Source: Trueperaceae bacterium (GTDB taxonomy: Bacteria; Deinococcota; Deinococci; Deinococcales; Trueperaceae). From it: 64,000 nt of DNA. The notes under the pieces are model-generated. The model was not told where the DNA came from. It saw only the letters and a list, made by a program, of their open reading frames with translations, and ran no database searches. Below are positions 10,307 to 19,870 of this stretch, in pieces (the stretch's first letter is position 1; every line of letters starts with the position of its first letter). The position numbers were made by a program, and so were the translations under genes. The stretch lies in contig OZ243956.1 in assembly GCA_965214405.1 (NCBI GenBank), positions 288,001 through 352,000 of the forward strand, read 5' to 3'.

Positions 10307-11044
10307 ATGACGCTGGAAGGAAAAGTTGCGCTCGTCACGGGTGCCGCGCGCGGCATCGGGGCGAGTATCGCCGAACGGTTTGCTGAGGAAGGGGCCAGAG
10401 TCGTCGTCAACTACCGCTCGAGCAAAGAAAAGGCCGACGCGTTGGTTTCGCGCGTCGAGGAGGGCGGCGGTGAGGCTCGAGCCCTAAAGGCCGACGTGAG
10501 CAGGCTCGAGGAGGTCAAAACGCTCATCAAGCAAACGGTGGAGACGTTCGGGCGGCTCGACATGCTGGTCAACAACGCGGGCTGGGCCGAATTCAAGCCT
10601 CTCGCCGACATCACGCCGGAACACGTGCGGAAGCATCTGGACCTCAACGTGACGGGTCTCATCTTCGCCACGCAGCACGCCGCCAAGCACATGACGGCGG
10701 GCGGGCGCGTCATCAATATCAGTTCGGTTGCCGCCAAAGGCGGACCCGGCGGCGCGGTCTACGGCGCGACGAAAGCCGCCGTGAACGCGCTCACCAAAAC
10801 GTTTGCCAAGGAACTCGGCCCCAAGGGCGTCACGGTGAACGCCGTCGCGCCGGGCGCGGTAGAAACCGACCTTTATGTAGAAGTCGGGCTCGAGGGGCGC
10901 AAAGACGCCGTCATCGCCGAAACGCCGCTCGGGCGGGTTGGGCAGCCCAAGGACGTCGCAAGCGCGGTTCTTTTTTTGGCGTCGGAAGAAGGAAGTTGGA
11001 TAACGGGCGAAATCCTCCAGGTCAGCGGCGGGCGGGCGATGTAG
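10307..11044 (+). CDS. Short-chain dehydrogenase/reductase
   Basis: TGAARGIG, NNAG, YGATK, NAVAPG; RBS AAGGAG. Confidence 0.93.
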   Translation: MTLEGKVALVTGAARGIGASIAERFAEEGARVVVNYRSSKEKADALVSRVEEGGGEARALKADVSRLEEVKTLIKQTVETFGRLDMLVNNAGWAEFKPLADITPEHVRKHLDLNVTGLIFATQHAAKHMTAGGRVINISSVAAKGGPGGAVYGATKAAVNALTKTFAKELGPKGVTVNAVAPGAVETDLYVEVGLEGRKDAVIAETPLGRVGQPKDVASAVLFLASEEGSWITGEILQVSGGRAM

Positions 11045-11574
11045 TGGCGCATCTCACCGGACTTCAAGGAGCCACTTTAATCGACGTCTATAAACGCTAT
11101 CCGCCTCTGGCTAAACACGTGCTCGGTTTGGCGGAAGCCGCCTTTACGCTGACGGGTGAGGTCTCGAGGGCCGAGGGAGAACTGCTGGGCGCGTTTGTGT
11201 CTCAACTCAACGGCTGCGGCTACTGCCGCGGCGTCCACGGCGAGGCGGCTGCGGCCTGTGGACTCACCCCACCGAACGCAGGCGAACCCGAGTACGGCGG
11301 CGCGCGTTGGCGACCCGTGTTCCAGTACGTCCGCACCCTCACGCTAGCGCCGAACAGCGTCACACCTGAACATGTCGCCGGACTTTTGGAGGCGGGCTGG
11401 TCGGAGGACGCGGTGGCGCAGTTTGCCCTGCTGACTTGCACCTTTAACACCCTGAACAGACTCGTGGACGGGCTCGGTCTGGAAGCCGAGGGCGACTTTT
11501 TCGCCGCCGCCGGGGCGCGGCTCGCGGAGGTGGGGTATCACGGCACGGCCAGGTTGCTCGGGGTAGCAGATTAA
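11044..11574 (+). CDS. AhpD/carboxymuconolactone decarboxylase-family protein
   Basis: VSQLNGCGYCRGVH CxxC motif; FNTLNRLVDGLG. Confidence 0.82.
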   Translation: MAHLTGLQGATLIDVYKRYPPLAKHVLGLAEAAFTLTGEVSRAEGELLGAFVSQLNGCGYCRGVHGEAAAACGLTPPNAGEPEYGGARWRPVFQYVRTLTLAPNSVTPEHVAGLLEAGWSEDAVAQFALLTCTFNTLNRLVDGLGLEAEGDFFAAAGARLAEVGYHGTARLLGVAD

Positions 11575-11575
11575 G

Positions 11576-12667
11576 GTGACGCTAACCATCAGAGACCTGC
11601 GCGCCCGGTCCGCCCGCGTCCCCCTCACCCGTCCCGTTGCCACAAAGGTCGGCGCGTTTAGCGACTGGCCCCTCGTCCTCGTTGATTTGCTGACGGAAGA
11701 GGGCGTGACGGGGCGCGGCTACCTCGCGCCTTATGTGGACCGCGCCGCCGCCACGGTGATGACGGCGCTCAAACATTTAGAAGCGGTCGTCACGGGTCAA
11801 CCCGTCGCGCCGCGCGATTTGCACGCGGCGGCGCTCGGCGCGTTCAACCTCATGGGGTATAGCGGCGCGTCTAGGATGGCAACCGCCGCGCTGGACATGG
11901 CCGCCTGGGACGCGCTCGCGCAGGCGCAGGGTGTACCGCTGGTCACGCTCCTCGGCGGTTCCGCCTCGCCCGTACGCGCTTACAACAGCAACGGCCTGGG
12001 GCTTATGCCGCCCGAAAGGGTGGCGGACGAGGCGCTCGAGCTCATCACCGAGGGAAACTTCAAAGGGCTCAAAGTTCGCGTCGGTAGAGACAGTTTCAAA
12101 GAAGACTTAAAGGCGATTGAAAATGTCCGCGCCGCCGTCGGGAATGAGATAATGCTCGTCGTGGACTTCAACCAGGGCTTGTCTCTCGCCGAGGCGATGC
12201 GGCGTTGCCACGCGCTGGACGCGCTGGGTTTGGGTTGGATAGAAGAACCCATCCGCTACGACGACCTCGTCGGCAACGCCAAACTCGCTCACGACCTCCA
12301 CACGCCCCTCATGCTGGGTGAAAACTTCTACGGGCCGCGCGACATGCTGCGCGCCCTCGCGGCGGGGGCCACCGACCTGGTGATGCCCGACCTCATGAGG
12401 ATAGGGGGCGTGACGGGCTGGTTACAGGCGGCGGGCTTGGCGAGCGCTTGGGGCGTGGACATGTCCAGCCACCTGTACCCCGAAATCTCCGCGCACCTCA
12501 TGCGGGTCACACCGACAGCCGGGTGGCTCGAGTGGCAAGACTGGGCGCATCCTGTTCTGGCAAGGCCTTTCGAGGTAAAAAACAGTCATGTCCAGATTCC
12601 CGACATTCCCGGTAACGGGCTCTCTTGGAACGAAGACGCCGTAAAACATTATCAGACGGCTCTATAA
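11576..12667 (+). CDS. Mandelate racemase-like enolase superfamily enzyme
   Basis: ALDMAAWDALA, VDFNQ, WIEEP, GEN, MPDLMRIGGVTGW, SSHL, WLEW. Confidence 0.88.
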   Translation: MTLTIRDLRARSARVPLTRPVATKVGAFSDWPLVLVDLLTEEGVTGRGYLAPYVDRAAATVMTALKHLEAVVTGQPVAPRDLHAAALGAFNLMGYSGASRMATAALDMAAWDALAQAQGVPLVTLLGGSASPVRAYNSNGLGLMPPERVADEALELITEGNFKGLKVRVGRDSFKEDLKAIENVRAAVGNEIMLVVDFNQGLSLAEAMRRCHALDALGLGWIEEPIRYDDLVGNAKLAHDLHTPLMLGENFYGPRDMLRALAAGATDLVMPDLMRIGGVTGWLQAAGLASAWGVDMSSHLYPEISAHLMRVTPTAGWLEWQDWAHPVLARPFEVKNSHVQIPDIPGNGLSWNEDAVKHYQTAL

Positions 12668-12979
12668 AGCTCTTTTACATCTGTTTACGCGTTTGTTTAC
12701 GAAAAGGTCGCGCTTTACGCTGCGGCGTCTACAACGGTTTGCATCATAACCGAGGGTACTCAAGCGCAGCCAGCATCTCTCAGACCACGTTCTATACGTT
12801 ATCTATACGTTAACTGACTCTCCGCATCTCCCTTGAGCCAGGGTGTTGCCCGCTATAGCGTCCGCCTCTTGCGCGGTGAAGTCCCCTTCATGAAAACGCT
12901 CCCTTCCCCCAACCGAGACCTGTTAAACTAGCACCGCAATAGTTTGTAACTCAAAGATTTTGGGAAGGACTGAAAAATC

Positions 12980-13537
12980 ATGGTGAAGAAAATCACGGTG
13001 AAGCGTCACTGGAACGCAACGCGCCTCCTCGCCGCGCCCCTGCTCGCGCTCTTGCTAACCTTGTCGGCGTGCAGCGTTTACGTCACGCCCGACACCGTGA
13101 CGGTGCGGGGCGGCGCGGATTACGGTATCGAACTGGGGAACGTGATTACCGCCTTTTCGCCCGGTCGCGGCGAGGGGGCAACCTACTTTGTGGGCGAGGA
13201 CATCTCTTTTAGGGTGCGCTCGAGAGAGGCCGGTTACCTCACGCTGAGCGCGATTGACCCCGACGGTGTGGTGTACGTGTTCGCCAGAAGCGTACCCGTT
13301 GTGCCGGGCACGAACATCATCACAGGACCCAACGCGCGCACCGTTTTTTCGCTCGCGCCGCCGCGCGGCTTTCACCGCGTCCGCGCCTCTTTTACCTCGC
13401 GCCCGACCAACACCGTGCGCGTTTCCTACCGGGGCGCAGTCGGCGAAGACCTCTGGACCCGTAGCATCGTCACGGATATTGGAGACTTTCCCGTCCGCGA
13501 GCGCGACATCGTCCAAACGGATTTCGTGGTGCGTTAG
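12980..13537 (+). CDS. Lipoprotein, DUF4384-like
   Basis: LSAC lipobox; GEGATYFVGEDISFRV...GYLTL..IDPDG pattern. Confidence 0.65.
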   Translation: MVKKITVKRHWNATRLLAAPLLALLLTLSACSVYVTPDTVTVRGGADYGIELGNVITAFSPGRGEGATYFVGEDISFRVRSREAGYLTLSAIDPDGVVYVFARSVPVVPGTNIITGPNARTVFSLAPPRGFHRVRASFTSRPTNTVRVSYRGAVGEDLWTRSIVTDIGDFPVRERDIVQTDFVVR

Positions 13538-13873
13538 CCTCGTAAGCGCACCGCGCTAACACCGGTTCACAGAAAAACGCCTTCTGGGAAGGGCATGTTT
13601 GCGAGAACTCTACCGCCCTTCCCAGACACGCGCGCCCTTTCTCTCCCTTCCAAAGCCTGCTGCTTGAAAAACCCGGCTTACAAGAGACCGTGCTCTAAGA
13701 AGTTGGGTTACAGAAGACCTGGCCCAGAGTCCGGGAGGAAGTTCTATGGCCGCGCTTGTGGCACCGAGAAAGAGGGAGAGGGCGCGGTTGCGCAAGTTCA
13801 TGGCTTTTGAGCATACGCATCCCTTCTCTAAACATCTTATACGCGTCTTATGTTGAGGATTCGCTTCCGGCTC

Positions 13874-15199
13874 GGGTGCAACTCAGTGAATGGGGGTGAT
13901 AAAACAGGACGATGACAACAGACGCAGAGCAAAGGGTAGAAGAACTGGACGCCATCATCAAGAGCATTGTTGCGGAGATAAAGCAGGAGCTAGGGACGAA
14001 AGCGAGCATGAACGAAATAGAAGCGGCCTTGCTAAAGCGACAAAGTAGCCTGATGAGTCGCCTGATGCAGCACCTGGTTGAGAGCCAGGATTTTCCCCCC
14101 TCTGATGAACAAAAGCGAGGGTTGGCATAAAGACGGACGGGGCGAGCTTGAGGTCAAGCACTTCTGGGGGAGCGTGCGCGTACCCAGTCAAAGGTACGAA
14201 CACAAAGACGGCAGACATTGCCAAGTCGCCCTGGACCCAAACTTAGACGGCAGTGGTTGGACAGCGGGCGCATTGAACGTGATGATGCGTTTGAGTAGCG
14301 CTTTATCGTATGAAAAAGCGGTAGAAGTCAGCCGTGACTTTGAGATGTTGCCGGGCATGAGTCGCGCGGGCTTGGAGCGCTTGACCCAACCTTACGCCAG
14401 CGCTTGTCAGGCGCAAACGCGCGAGCTGCTGGACACGGCCAAAGATGCAGCGTTGCTAGCAGGACGAGGGCGGAAAGTGGTGATTGAAGTTGACGGGGTG
14501 CGGGTGCTCGAAAAAGCTCAGGACGGGGTTTGTGGCGGCATCGAGATCAAGAGCGCGGTGATCCACCCGGTGTCTGCACCTCAGCAACGCAGCCTGTTAG
14601 CCGATGTGTGTGAGGCGACAGCGTTTACCGACCAAGTAGCGGGGCTGATGCGTGAAGCAGGCCTGAGACAAGATGATGAAGTCGTCGGCCTGAGCGATGG
14701 CGCGAGTTGGATCAAAAACCTTTACGAGCATCTGGGTATCCCACACATCATCGACGTTTACCACAGCAGTGCTTACCTTGACACCCTTATGGAAGCTCTC
14801 GGCTGGGATGAGCGCGAACGTAGCCAAACAAGACGCTCTTGGCTTAGCGGCGAGATTGCTGCTGCGGATTGGTTACAAACGCATCGTCCTGACCCTGCTG
14901 TTTGGCTGAGCTGGGATGACACATCACAAACGGCTTTACGCTATCTTCAAGAACGTCAACACCATATGGATTACCCCAGTTATAAAAATTGTGGCTTACC
15001 CATTGGCTCTGGTCAAGTCGAGGGCGTCAACAAGAGCGTCATCGGCTTCCGCATGAAACAGTCGGGGATGCAGTGGTCGCGTCCTGGCGCAGGTCGCATG
15101 GCTTCTTTTAGAGCTAGGCGTTGTTCCAAGCAGCCGCTCGTCTCCCATGACACCATAAGGCACCACGCCTTTTCTTCCCCCACTACGTGAGTTGCACCC
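13874..15199 (+). mobile_element. ISKra4-like (Mutator-type DDE) insertion sequence, 1326 bp, copy 1
   Basis: Terminal IRs GGGTGCAACTCA...; 8-bp target duplication TCCGGCTC at 13866-13873 and 15200-15207. Confidence 0.92.
13912..15190 (+). CDS. Transposase encoded by two overlapping frames (13912-14130 and 14078-15190)
   Basis: EVDG, LSDGASW, IDVYH, GLPIGSGQVEG..K.VI..RMK..GMQW; the frames overlap at TTTTCCCCCC 14091-14100. Confidence 0.88.
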
Positions 15200-15264
15200 T
15201 CCGGCTCTCGCACCTTGACCCCGCCTCCGGCACGTGCTAAAGTTTGCAACGTTATTGCGCTTTA

Positions 15265-15293
15265 TGTATAAAGGTGCAAAGCCAATTTATAAT
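15265..15293 (+). promoter_or_regulatory. ARG-box-like site and -10 element of the arg operon
   Basis: TGTATAAAGGTGCA (15265-15278), 9 nt, TATAAT (15288-15293). Confidence 0.6.
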
Positions 15294-15298
15294 TTATG

Positions 15299-15337
15299 AT
15301 GTCACATCCCTTACCCACCCGCGCCCGACGCCGCTAG
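15299..15337 (+). CDS. Putative Arg-rich leader peptide MSHPLPTRARRR
   Basis: ATG 5 nt after TATAAT; ends CGC GCC CGA CGC CGC TAG; directly upstream of argG. Confidence 0.7.
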   Translation: MSHPLPTRARRR

Positions 15338-15397
15338 ACCGCTCATCCGGTAAGCGGTCGGAGGTTTATGGCAAGGCGCGGGCACGTGGGTTTTTTT
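15314..15397 (+). terminator. Putative attenuator terminator in the argG leader
   Basis: CCCAC-CCGCGCC (15314-15325) pairs with GGCGCGG...GTGGG (15375-15390), followed by T7 (15391-15397). Confidence 0.6.
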
Positions 15398-15415
15398 GGC
15401 GTTGGAGGAGTTGAA

Positions 15416-16693
15416 ATGATGCAGAGCGCAAACGAGAAGGGTCTGAAACCCATTAAAAAAGTGGTGCTGGCTTATTCTGGTGGCCTCGACACCTCGGTCA
15501 TTTTGCACTGGATCAAGGAGCATTACGGCGCTGAGGTTATTACTTTTACCGCCGACATCGGTCAGGGCGAGGAGGTCGCCGAGGCGGAGGAAAAAGCGCT
15601 CCGCACGGGGGCGTCAAAAGCTTACGCGGTGGATTTGCAGGAGGAGTTCGTTACCAACTTCGTGTTTCCGGTGCTCCGTGCGGGGGCGGTGTACGAGAGC
15701 TACTACCTCCTCGGCACCTCGTTCGCGCGGCCCCTCATCGCCAAAAAGATGGTCGAGATTGCCCAGCAGGAGGGCGCGGACGCGGTGGCGCACGGCGCGA
15801 CGGGCAAGGGCAACGACCAGGTGAGATTTGAACTCTCGGCGTACGCGCTCGAGCCCGCCATCAAAGTCATCGCCCCCTGGCGCGAGTGGGACCTAAAGGG
15901 CCGCGAGGACTGCGTGGCCTACGCGCGCGCGCACGACATCCCGGTGGGCGTCACCAAGGAAAAGCCCTACTCGACCGACGCGAACCTCTTTCACATCTCA
16001 TATGAGGGCGGCATCTTAGAAGACCCCTGGGCCGCGCCGCCCAGGGGCATGTGGCGGCTCACGACCGACCCGCAAGACGCACCCGACGCGCCCGAGACGG
16101 TTGAGATTGAGTTTGAAGGAGGCAACCCCGTCGCCATCAACGGCGAGAGGTTGGGGCCGGTGGCGCTCTTGGAAAAAGCCAACGCTCTGGGCGGCAAACA
16201 CGGCGTGGGCCGCGTGGACATCGTCGAGAACCGTTTTGTCGGGATGAAGTCGCGCGGCTGTTATGAGACGCCCGGCGGCACGCTCCTTTACCACGCGCAC
16301 AAGGCGGTCGAATCGCTCGCGCTCGACCGGCAGGTAACAAGCCTGCGAGACGAACTCATCCCCAAATACGCGTCGATGGTCTACAACGGCTTTTGGTACG
16401 CGCCCGAACGCGTGGCGCTCCAGGGACTCATGGACAGCGTGCAAGCGCGCGTCACGGGCACCGCCAGGCTGCAACTTTATAAGGGCGGCGTGACCCTCCT
16501 CGGTCGCAAAAGCCCCCACTCGCTCTACCGTCAGGACGTGGTCACCTTTGAAGAGGACAGCGTCTACAACCAGGCCGACGCGGAAGGCTTTATCAAGCTC
16601 AACGCGCTAAGGCTGCGCACGGCGGCGCAAGCGGAAGCTGAAGAGGCAGCGAAAAATACAGAAGATAAAGAAGTGGCCCCAGTGAGCGGATGA
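15416..16693 (+). CDS. argG: Argininosuccinate synthase
   Basis: [54 protein letters not shown]. Confidence 0.97.
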   Translation: MMQSANEKGLKPIKKVVLAYSGGLDTSVILHWIKEHYGAEVITFTADIGQGEEVAEAEEKALRTGASKAYAVDLQEEFVTNFVFPVLRAGAVYESYYLLGTSFARPLIAKKMVEIAQQEGADAVAHGATGKGNDQVRFELSAYALEPAIKVIAPWREWDLKGREDCVAYARAHDIPVGVTKEKPYSTDANLFHISYEGGILEDPWAAPPRGMWRLTTDPQDAPDAPETVEIEFEGGNPVAINGERLGPVALLEKANALGGKHGVGRVDIVENRFVGMKSRGCYETPGGTLLYHAHKAVESLALDRQVTSLRDELIPKYASMVYNGFWYAPERVALQGLMDSVQARVTGTARLQLYKGGVTLLGRKSPHSLYRQDVVTFEEDSVYNQADAEGFIKLNALRLRTAAQAEAEEAAKNTEDKEVAPVSG

Positions 16694-17187
16694 CCCGCTC
16701 TTTAACACCCTCACCAACTCCTCCCTCGACACCCACCGTGTACGAAGCGGCGCGTTTGCGGAGCGCGGGGTTGGGGGACGTCGCGGCGCTCGAGGCGCTT
16801 TACCAACGAGCCTGGCCGGAGGCGGGAGAAACGCGCGAGACGGTGCAGGGCTGGCTCGAGCAGGGCGGCGCGTTGGTGCTCGAGGACGCCCAGGGCACCC
16901 TCGTTTGCGCCCTGCGCTGGCGCGAGGCGGAAAACGGCTGGCGCGTCGACCGCGTCGCCACGCTCCCGGAGGAACGCGCGCAGGGTTTTGGTCGCTGGCT
17001 CATGACCAAGCTCGAGGCCCTCGCCATCCAGCGCAATATCCCCACCCTGCACCTGCACCTTAGCGAGGCGCAAGCCGACCTGCTCCCCTACTACCGCCGC
17101 ATGGGCTACCGCACCGCAAAAAGTGAGGGGGAAAGTGACGGCATTTTAAGCAAACGGGTGGGCGGTACCTGGCAGTATCAAGGATGA
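16690..17187 (+). CDS. GNAT-family N-acetyltransferase
   Basis: [17 protein letters not shown] motif A; YYRRMGY. Confidence 0.85.
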   Translation: MTRSLTPSPTPPSTPTVYEAARLRSAGLGDVAALEALYQRAWPEAGETRETVQGWLEQGGALVLEDAQGTLVCALRWREAENGWRVDRVATLPEERAQGFGRWLMTKLEALAIQRNIPTLHLHLSEAQADLLPYYRRMGYRTAKSEGESDGILSKRVGGTWQYQG

Positions 17188-17234
17188 TCTCCTACTCTTC
17201 ACCATAGTATTACTTTTAATGATAGACTGAGCTT

Positions 17235-17510
17235 ATGAAACGTGCAACGGTGACGTTACCCGACGACCTGAGAACCCGGCTCGATATTTATCTGGCTTCG
17301 CAACCTGTGGCACCGAGCTTTAGCAAGGTGGTGCAGACGGCGTTGGAAAGATTTTTGGAAGAGCAGATGGTGCAGCAGGAACTAGAAAAACGCGGTTATG
17401 AGCCGCCCCGCTGGCCCATAACGTTTCCTGTTGACGAAAAGGGAAGCGGCAAACAAGACATAAGCATCAACCATGACCAATACCTCGCCGAAGGGACGAA
17501 ACATTCCTGA
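17235..17510 (+). CDS. Putative RHH/CopG-type antitoxin
   Basis: MKRATVTLPDDL N-terminus; SGKQDISINHDQYL C-terminus typical of VapB-like proteins; precedes a PIN gene. Confidence 0.75.
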   Translation: MKRATVTLPDDLRTRLDIYLASQPVAPSFSKVVQTALERFLEEQMVQQELEKRGYEPPRWPITFPVDEKGSGKQDISINHDQYLAEGTKHS

Positions 17511-17530
17511 ACGTTACGTTTCGAAATGCA

Positions 17531-17923
17531 GTGTTTGCCGGTACCGGACCTCTTTACGCGCTGACTGACAGTTCCGACCAGTATCACGAACGCGCAGGGC
17601 GGGAGTTCCGAGGGTTGTCGAAGCAAGGACGCATCTTGGCGCTCTCCTATCCTGTTGTTTTGGAATGTTATAACCTGCTCTATCAAAATGTGCGGCTAAG
17701 CGTTGCACATGAATGGCTCGAGCTTGCCGTACAAGACTCGAAACCACTCAATCCCACCCCCAAAGATTACCGCGACGCCGCTCTTCAGGTGAGGCGCTTT
17801 ACGGACCAGCGCGTCAGCTTGGTTGATGCGGCGCTCGCCGTGCTCGCCGAGCGTTTTGAGGTTCCCGTATGGACGTTTGATTCCCGCTTTGCGGTGATGC
17901 GCGTGCCCGTTTGGCAGGCTTAG
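17531..17923 (+). CDS. PIN-domain (VapC-like) protein; start uncertain
   Basis: VFAGTGPLYAL...DQYH, VVLECY, SLVDA, VWTFD. Confidence 0.8.
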   Translation: MFAGTGPLYALTDSSDQYHERAGREFRGLSKQGRILALSYPVVLECYNLLYQNVRLSVAHEWLELAVQDSKPLNPTPKDYRDAALQVRRFTDQRVSLVDAALAVLAERFEVPVWTFDSRFAVMRVPVWQA

Positions 17924-17924
17924 G

Positions 17925-19313
17925 ATGACCCATAAACGCATGTGGGGTGGGCGCTTTTCGGGAGCAACCGACAAGCTAGTAGAGGAATTTAACGCGTCCG
18001 TCTCCTTTGACAAGCGTCTGGCCCTGCAAGATATCCGAGGCTCCATCGCCCACGCGACAATGCTCGCGGAGCAAGAGATTTTGGCCCAAGATGAAGCCGA
18101 CAAAATTATTGGCGGGCTTGCTGACATCCAAAGAGAGGTTGAAGCGGGGCGGTTTGAGTGGAAGAGCGAACTCGAGGACGTTCACATGAACATCGAACGC
18201 GCGCTCACCGAGCGCGTCGGCGCGGTGGGCGGTAAGCTCCACACCGCGCGGAGCCGCAACGACCAGGTGGCGACCGACTTTAGGCTCTGGCTGCGGGACG
18301 AGACGGAGGCGTTGCAGGAGCTTTTTACGCGCCTGCGCCGCGTGCTCACCGAAGAGGCTGAAAAGCATCTGGGCGTCATCATGCCGGGGTACACGCACCT
18401 GCAAGTGGCGCAGCCCGTCCTCTTGTCGCATCACCTGATGGCTTACTATGAGATGTTCAGCCGCGACGAGGAGAGGTTGCAGGATTCATTAAAACGCCTT
18501 AACGTCTCACCCCTGGGCGCGGGCGCGCTCGCCGGGACGGGTTTTCCAATCGACCGCGAGCGCACCGCCGAGCTTTTGGGCTTCGACCGTCCTGCGGCGA
18601 ATTCGCTCGACGCGGTGTCGGATAGAGACTTTGCCCTGGAATTCTTGAGCGCCGCCAGCATGGCGATGATGCACCTCTCGAGGCTCTGCGAAGAACTCAT
18701 CTTGTGGTCTTCGCAAGAGTTCGGTTTCGTGGCGCTGCCCGACTCGCACACGACGGGCTCGTCGATTATGCCGCAGAAGAAAAACCCGGACGTCTGCGAA
18801 CTCGTGCGCGGCAAGACGGGCCGCGTCTACGGGAGCTTGATGGCGCTCCTCACCATGATGAAGGGCTTGCCGCTGGCTTACAATAAAGACATGCAAGAGG
18901 ATAAAGAGGGCGTCTTCGACGCGGCGGACACGCTGCGCGCCTGTTTAACGTTAATGACCGACATGCTACCCAAGATGACCGTTCACGAAACGCGCACCCG
19001 TCACGCCGCGGGCCGCGCCTACAGCAACGCGACCGATTTAGCGGATTATCTGGCGAAAAAGGGGCTTCCCTTTCGGGAGGCGCACGAGGTGGTGGGTAGG
19101 CTCGTCGCGCTGGGGCTTAGCGAGGGAAAAGATTTGCAGGACTTGGGGCTCGAGCGGATGCAAGAAGTTTCATCCCTCATTGAAGAGGATGTGTACGCGG
19201 CGCTGAATTTGGAGGCGGTAGTGGACGCCCACACGTCGTATGGGGGCACGGCGCGTGTTCAGGTGGAAGGGCAGATAGCGAAGGCTCGAGGGGCGTTAAG
19301 AAGCGAGCGATGA
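17925..19313 (+). CDS. argH: Argininosuccinate lyase
   Basis: MWGGRF, KLHTARSRNDQVATD, MPGYTHLQ, GSSIMPQKKNPD. Confidence 0.97.
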   Translation: MTHKRMWGGRFSGATDKLVEEFNASVSFDKRLALQDIRGSIAHATMLAEQEILAQDEADKIIGGLADIQREVEAGRFEWKSELEDVHMNIERALTERVGAVGGKLHTARSRNDQVATDFRLWLRDETEALQELFTRLRRVLTEEAEKHLGVIMPGYTHLQVAQPVLLSHHLMAYYEMFSRDEERLQDSLKRLNVSPLGAGALAGTGFPIDRERTAELLGFDRPAANSLDAVSDRDFALEFLSAASMAMMHLSRLCEELILWSSQEFGFVALPDSHTTGSSIMPQKKNPDVCELVRGKTGRVYGSLMALLTMMKGLPLAYNKDMQEDKEGVFDAADTLRACLTLMTDMLPKMTVHETRTRHAAGRAYSNATDLADYLAKKGLPFREAHEVVGRLVALGLSEGKDLQDLGLERMQEVSSLIEEDVYAALNLEAVVDAHTSYGGTARVQVEGQIAKARGALRSER

Positions 19314-19844
19314 CAAAAGAGCGGCTCAGCATTCATCCTGAGCGGGGAATGCTTAACGACTTAGCGCTGCTCGCTCTCATTTTACCCGGCATCTTTCTCG
19401 CGGAGTTCGCCGTTTGGGCGGGCAAGGCCACGCCGCCCGAACGGCTGCTCATTTTTTTTGTCGACCTCTTGGCGGTAACGCTCATCATTCTGCTCGCCTT
19501 TTTTCTCAACCGCTGGCTGCGCTACCGCCTGAGCGAACGGGGGCTCGAGATTTTCGGCGTCCGCGGGTGGTTCGGCGTGCCCCCGCAGGCGGTTACAGAC
19601 GTTAGACTTGTTACCTTCTCGGCTAATCCGTGGGGCTACAAAGTTGGACTCAACGGTTTGTCGGGGATGGTGTACGGTGTGTTTGACACCGAAACTTTCG
19701 GCAGCGTGCATCTTTATGGTTACGCTTACGCAGAACGTGGGGTGCTTTTGGAACGGCCTGGCGGTAAACCCGTGTTGCTCACCCCCACCGAGCCCGAGGA
19801 ATTTGGCGCACCTTTACGCGCTTGGCTACGAGCGCGGTGCATAA
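19310..19844 (+). pseudogene. Membrane protein with bacterial PH-like domain, apparently frameshifted near its 3' end
   Basis: Two TM segments, YRLSERGLEI, GLSGMVYGVF, VLLTPTEPEEF; a plausible natural end LAHLYALGYERGA* lies in the +1 frame (stop 19844). Confidence 0.5.
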
Positions 19845-19865
19845 AGTTTCACCCTCTGCTAAACT
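19838..19865 (+). promoter_or_regulatory. Second ARG-box-like site and -10 element, internal to the operon
   Basis: TGCATAAAGTTTCA (19838-19851), 8 nt, TAAACT (19860-19865), 5 nt, ATG 19871. Confidence 0.55.
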
Positions 19866-19870
19866 GCTGC

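Noticed and set aside
13595..13818. Small ORFs on both strands left of IS copy 1
   Set aside because: No recognisable motifs, atypical composition and no convincing start signals
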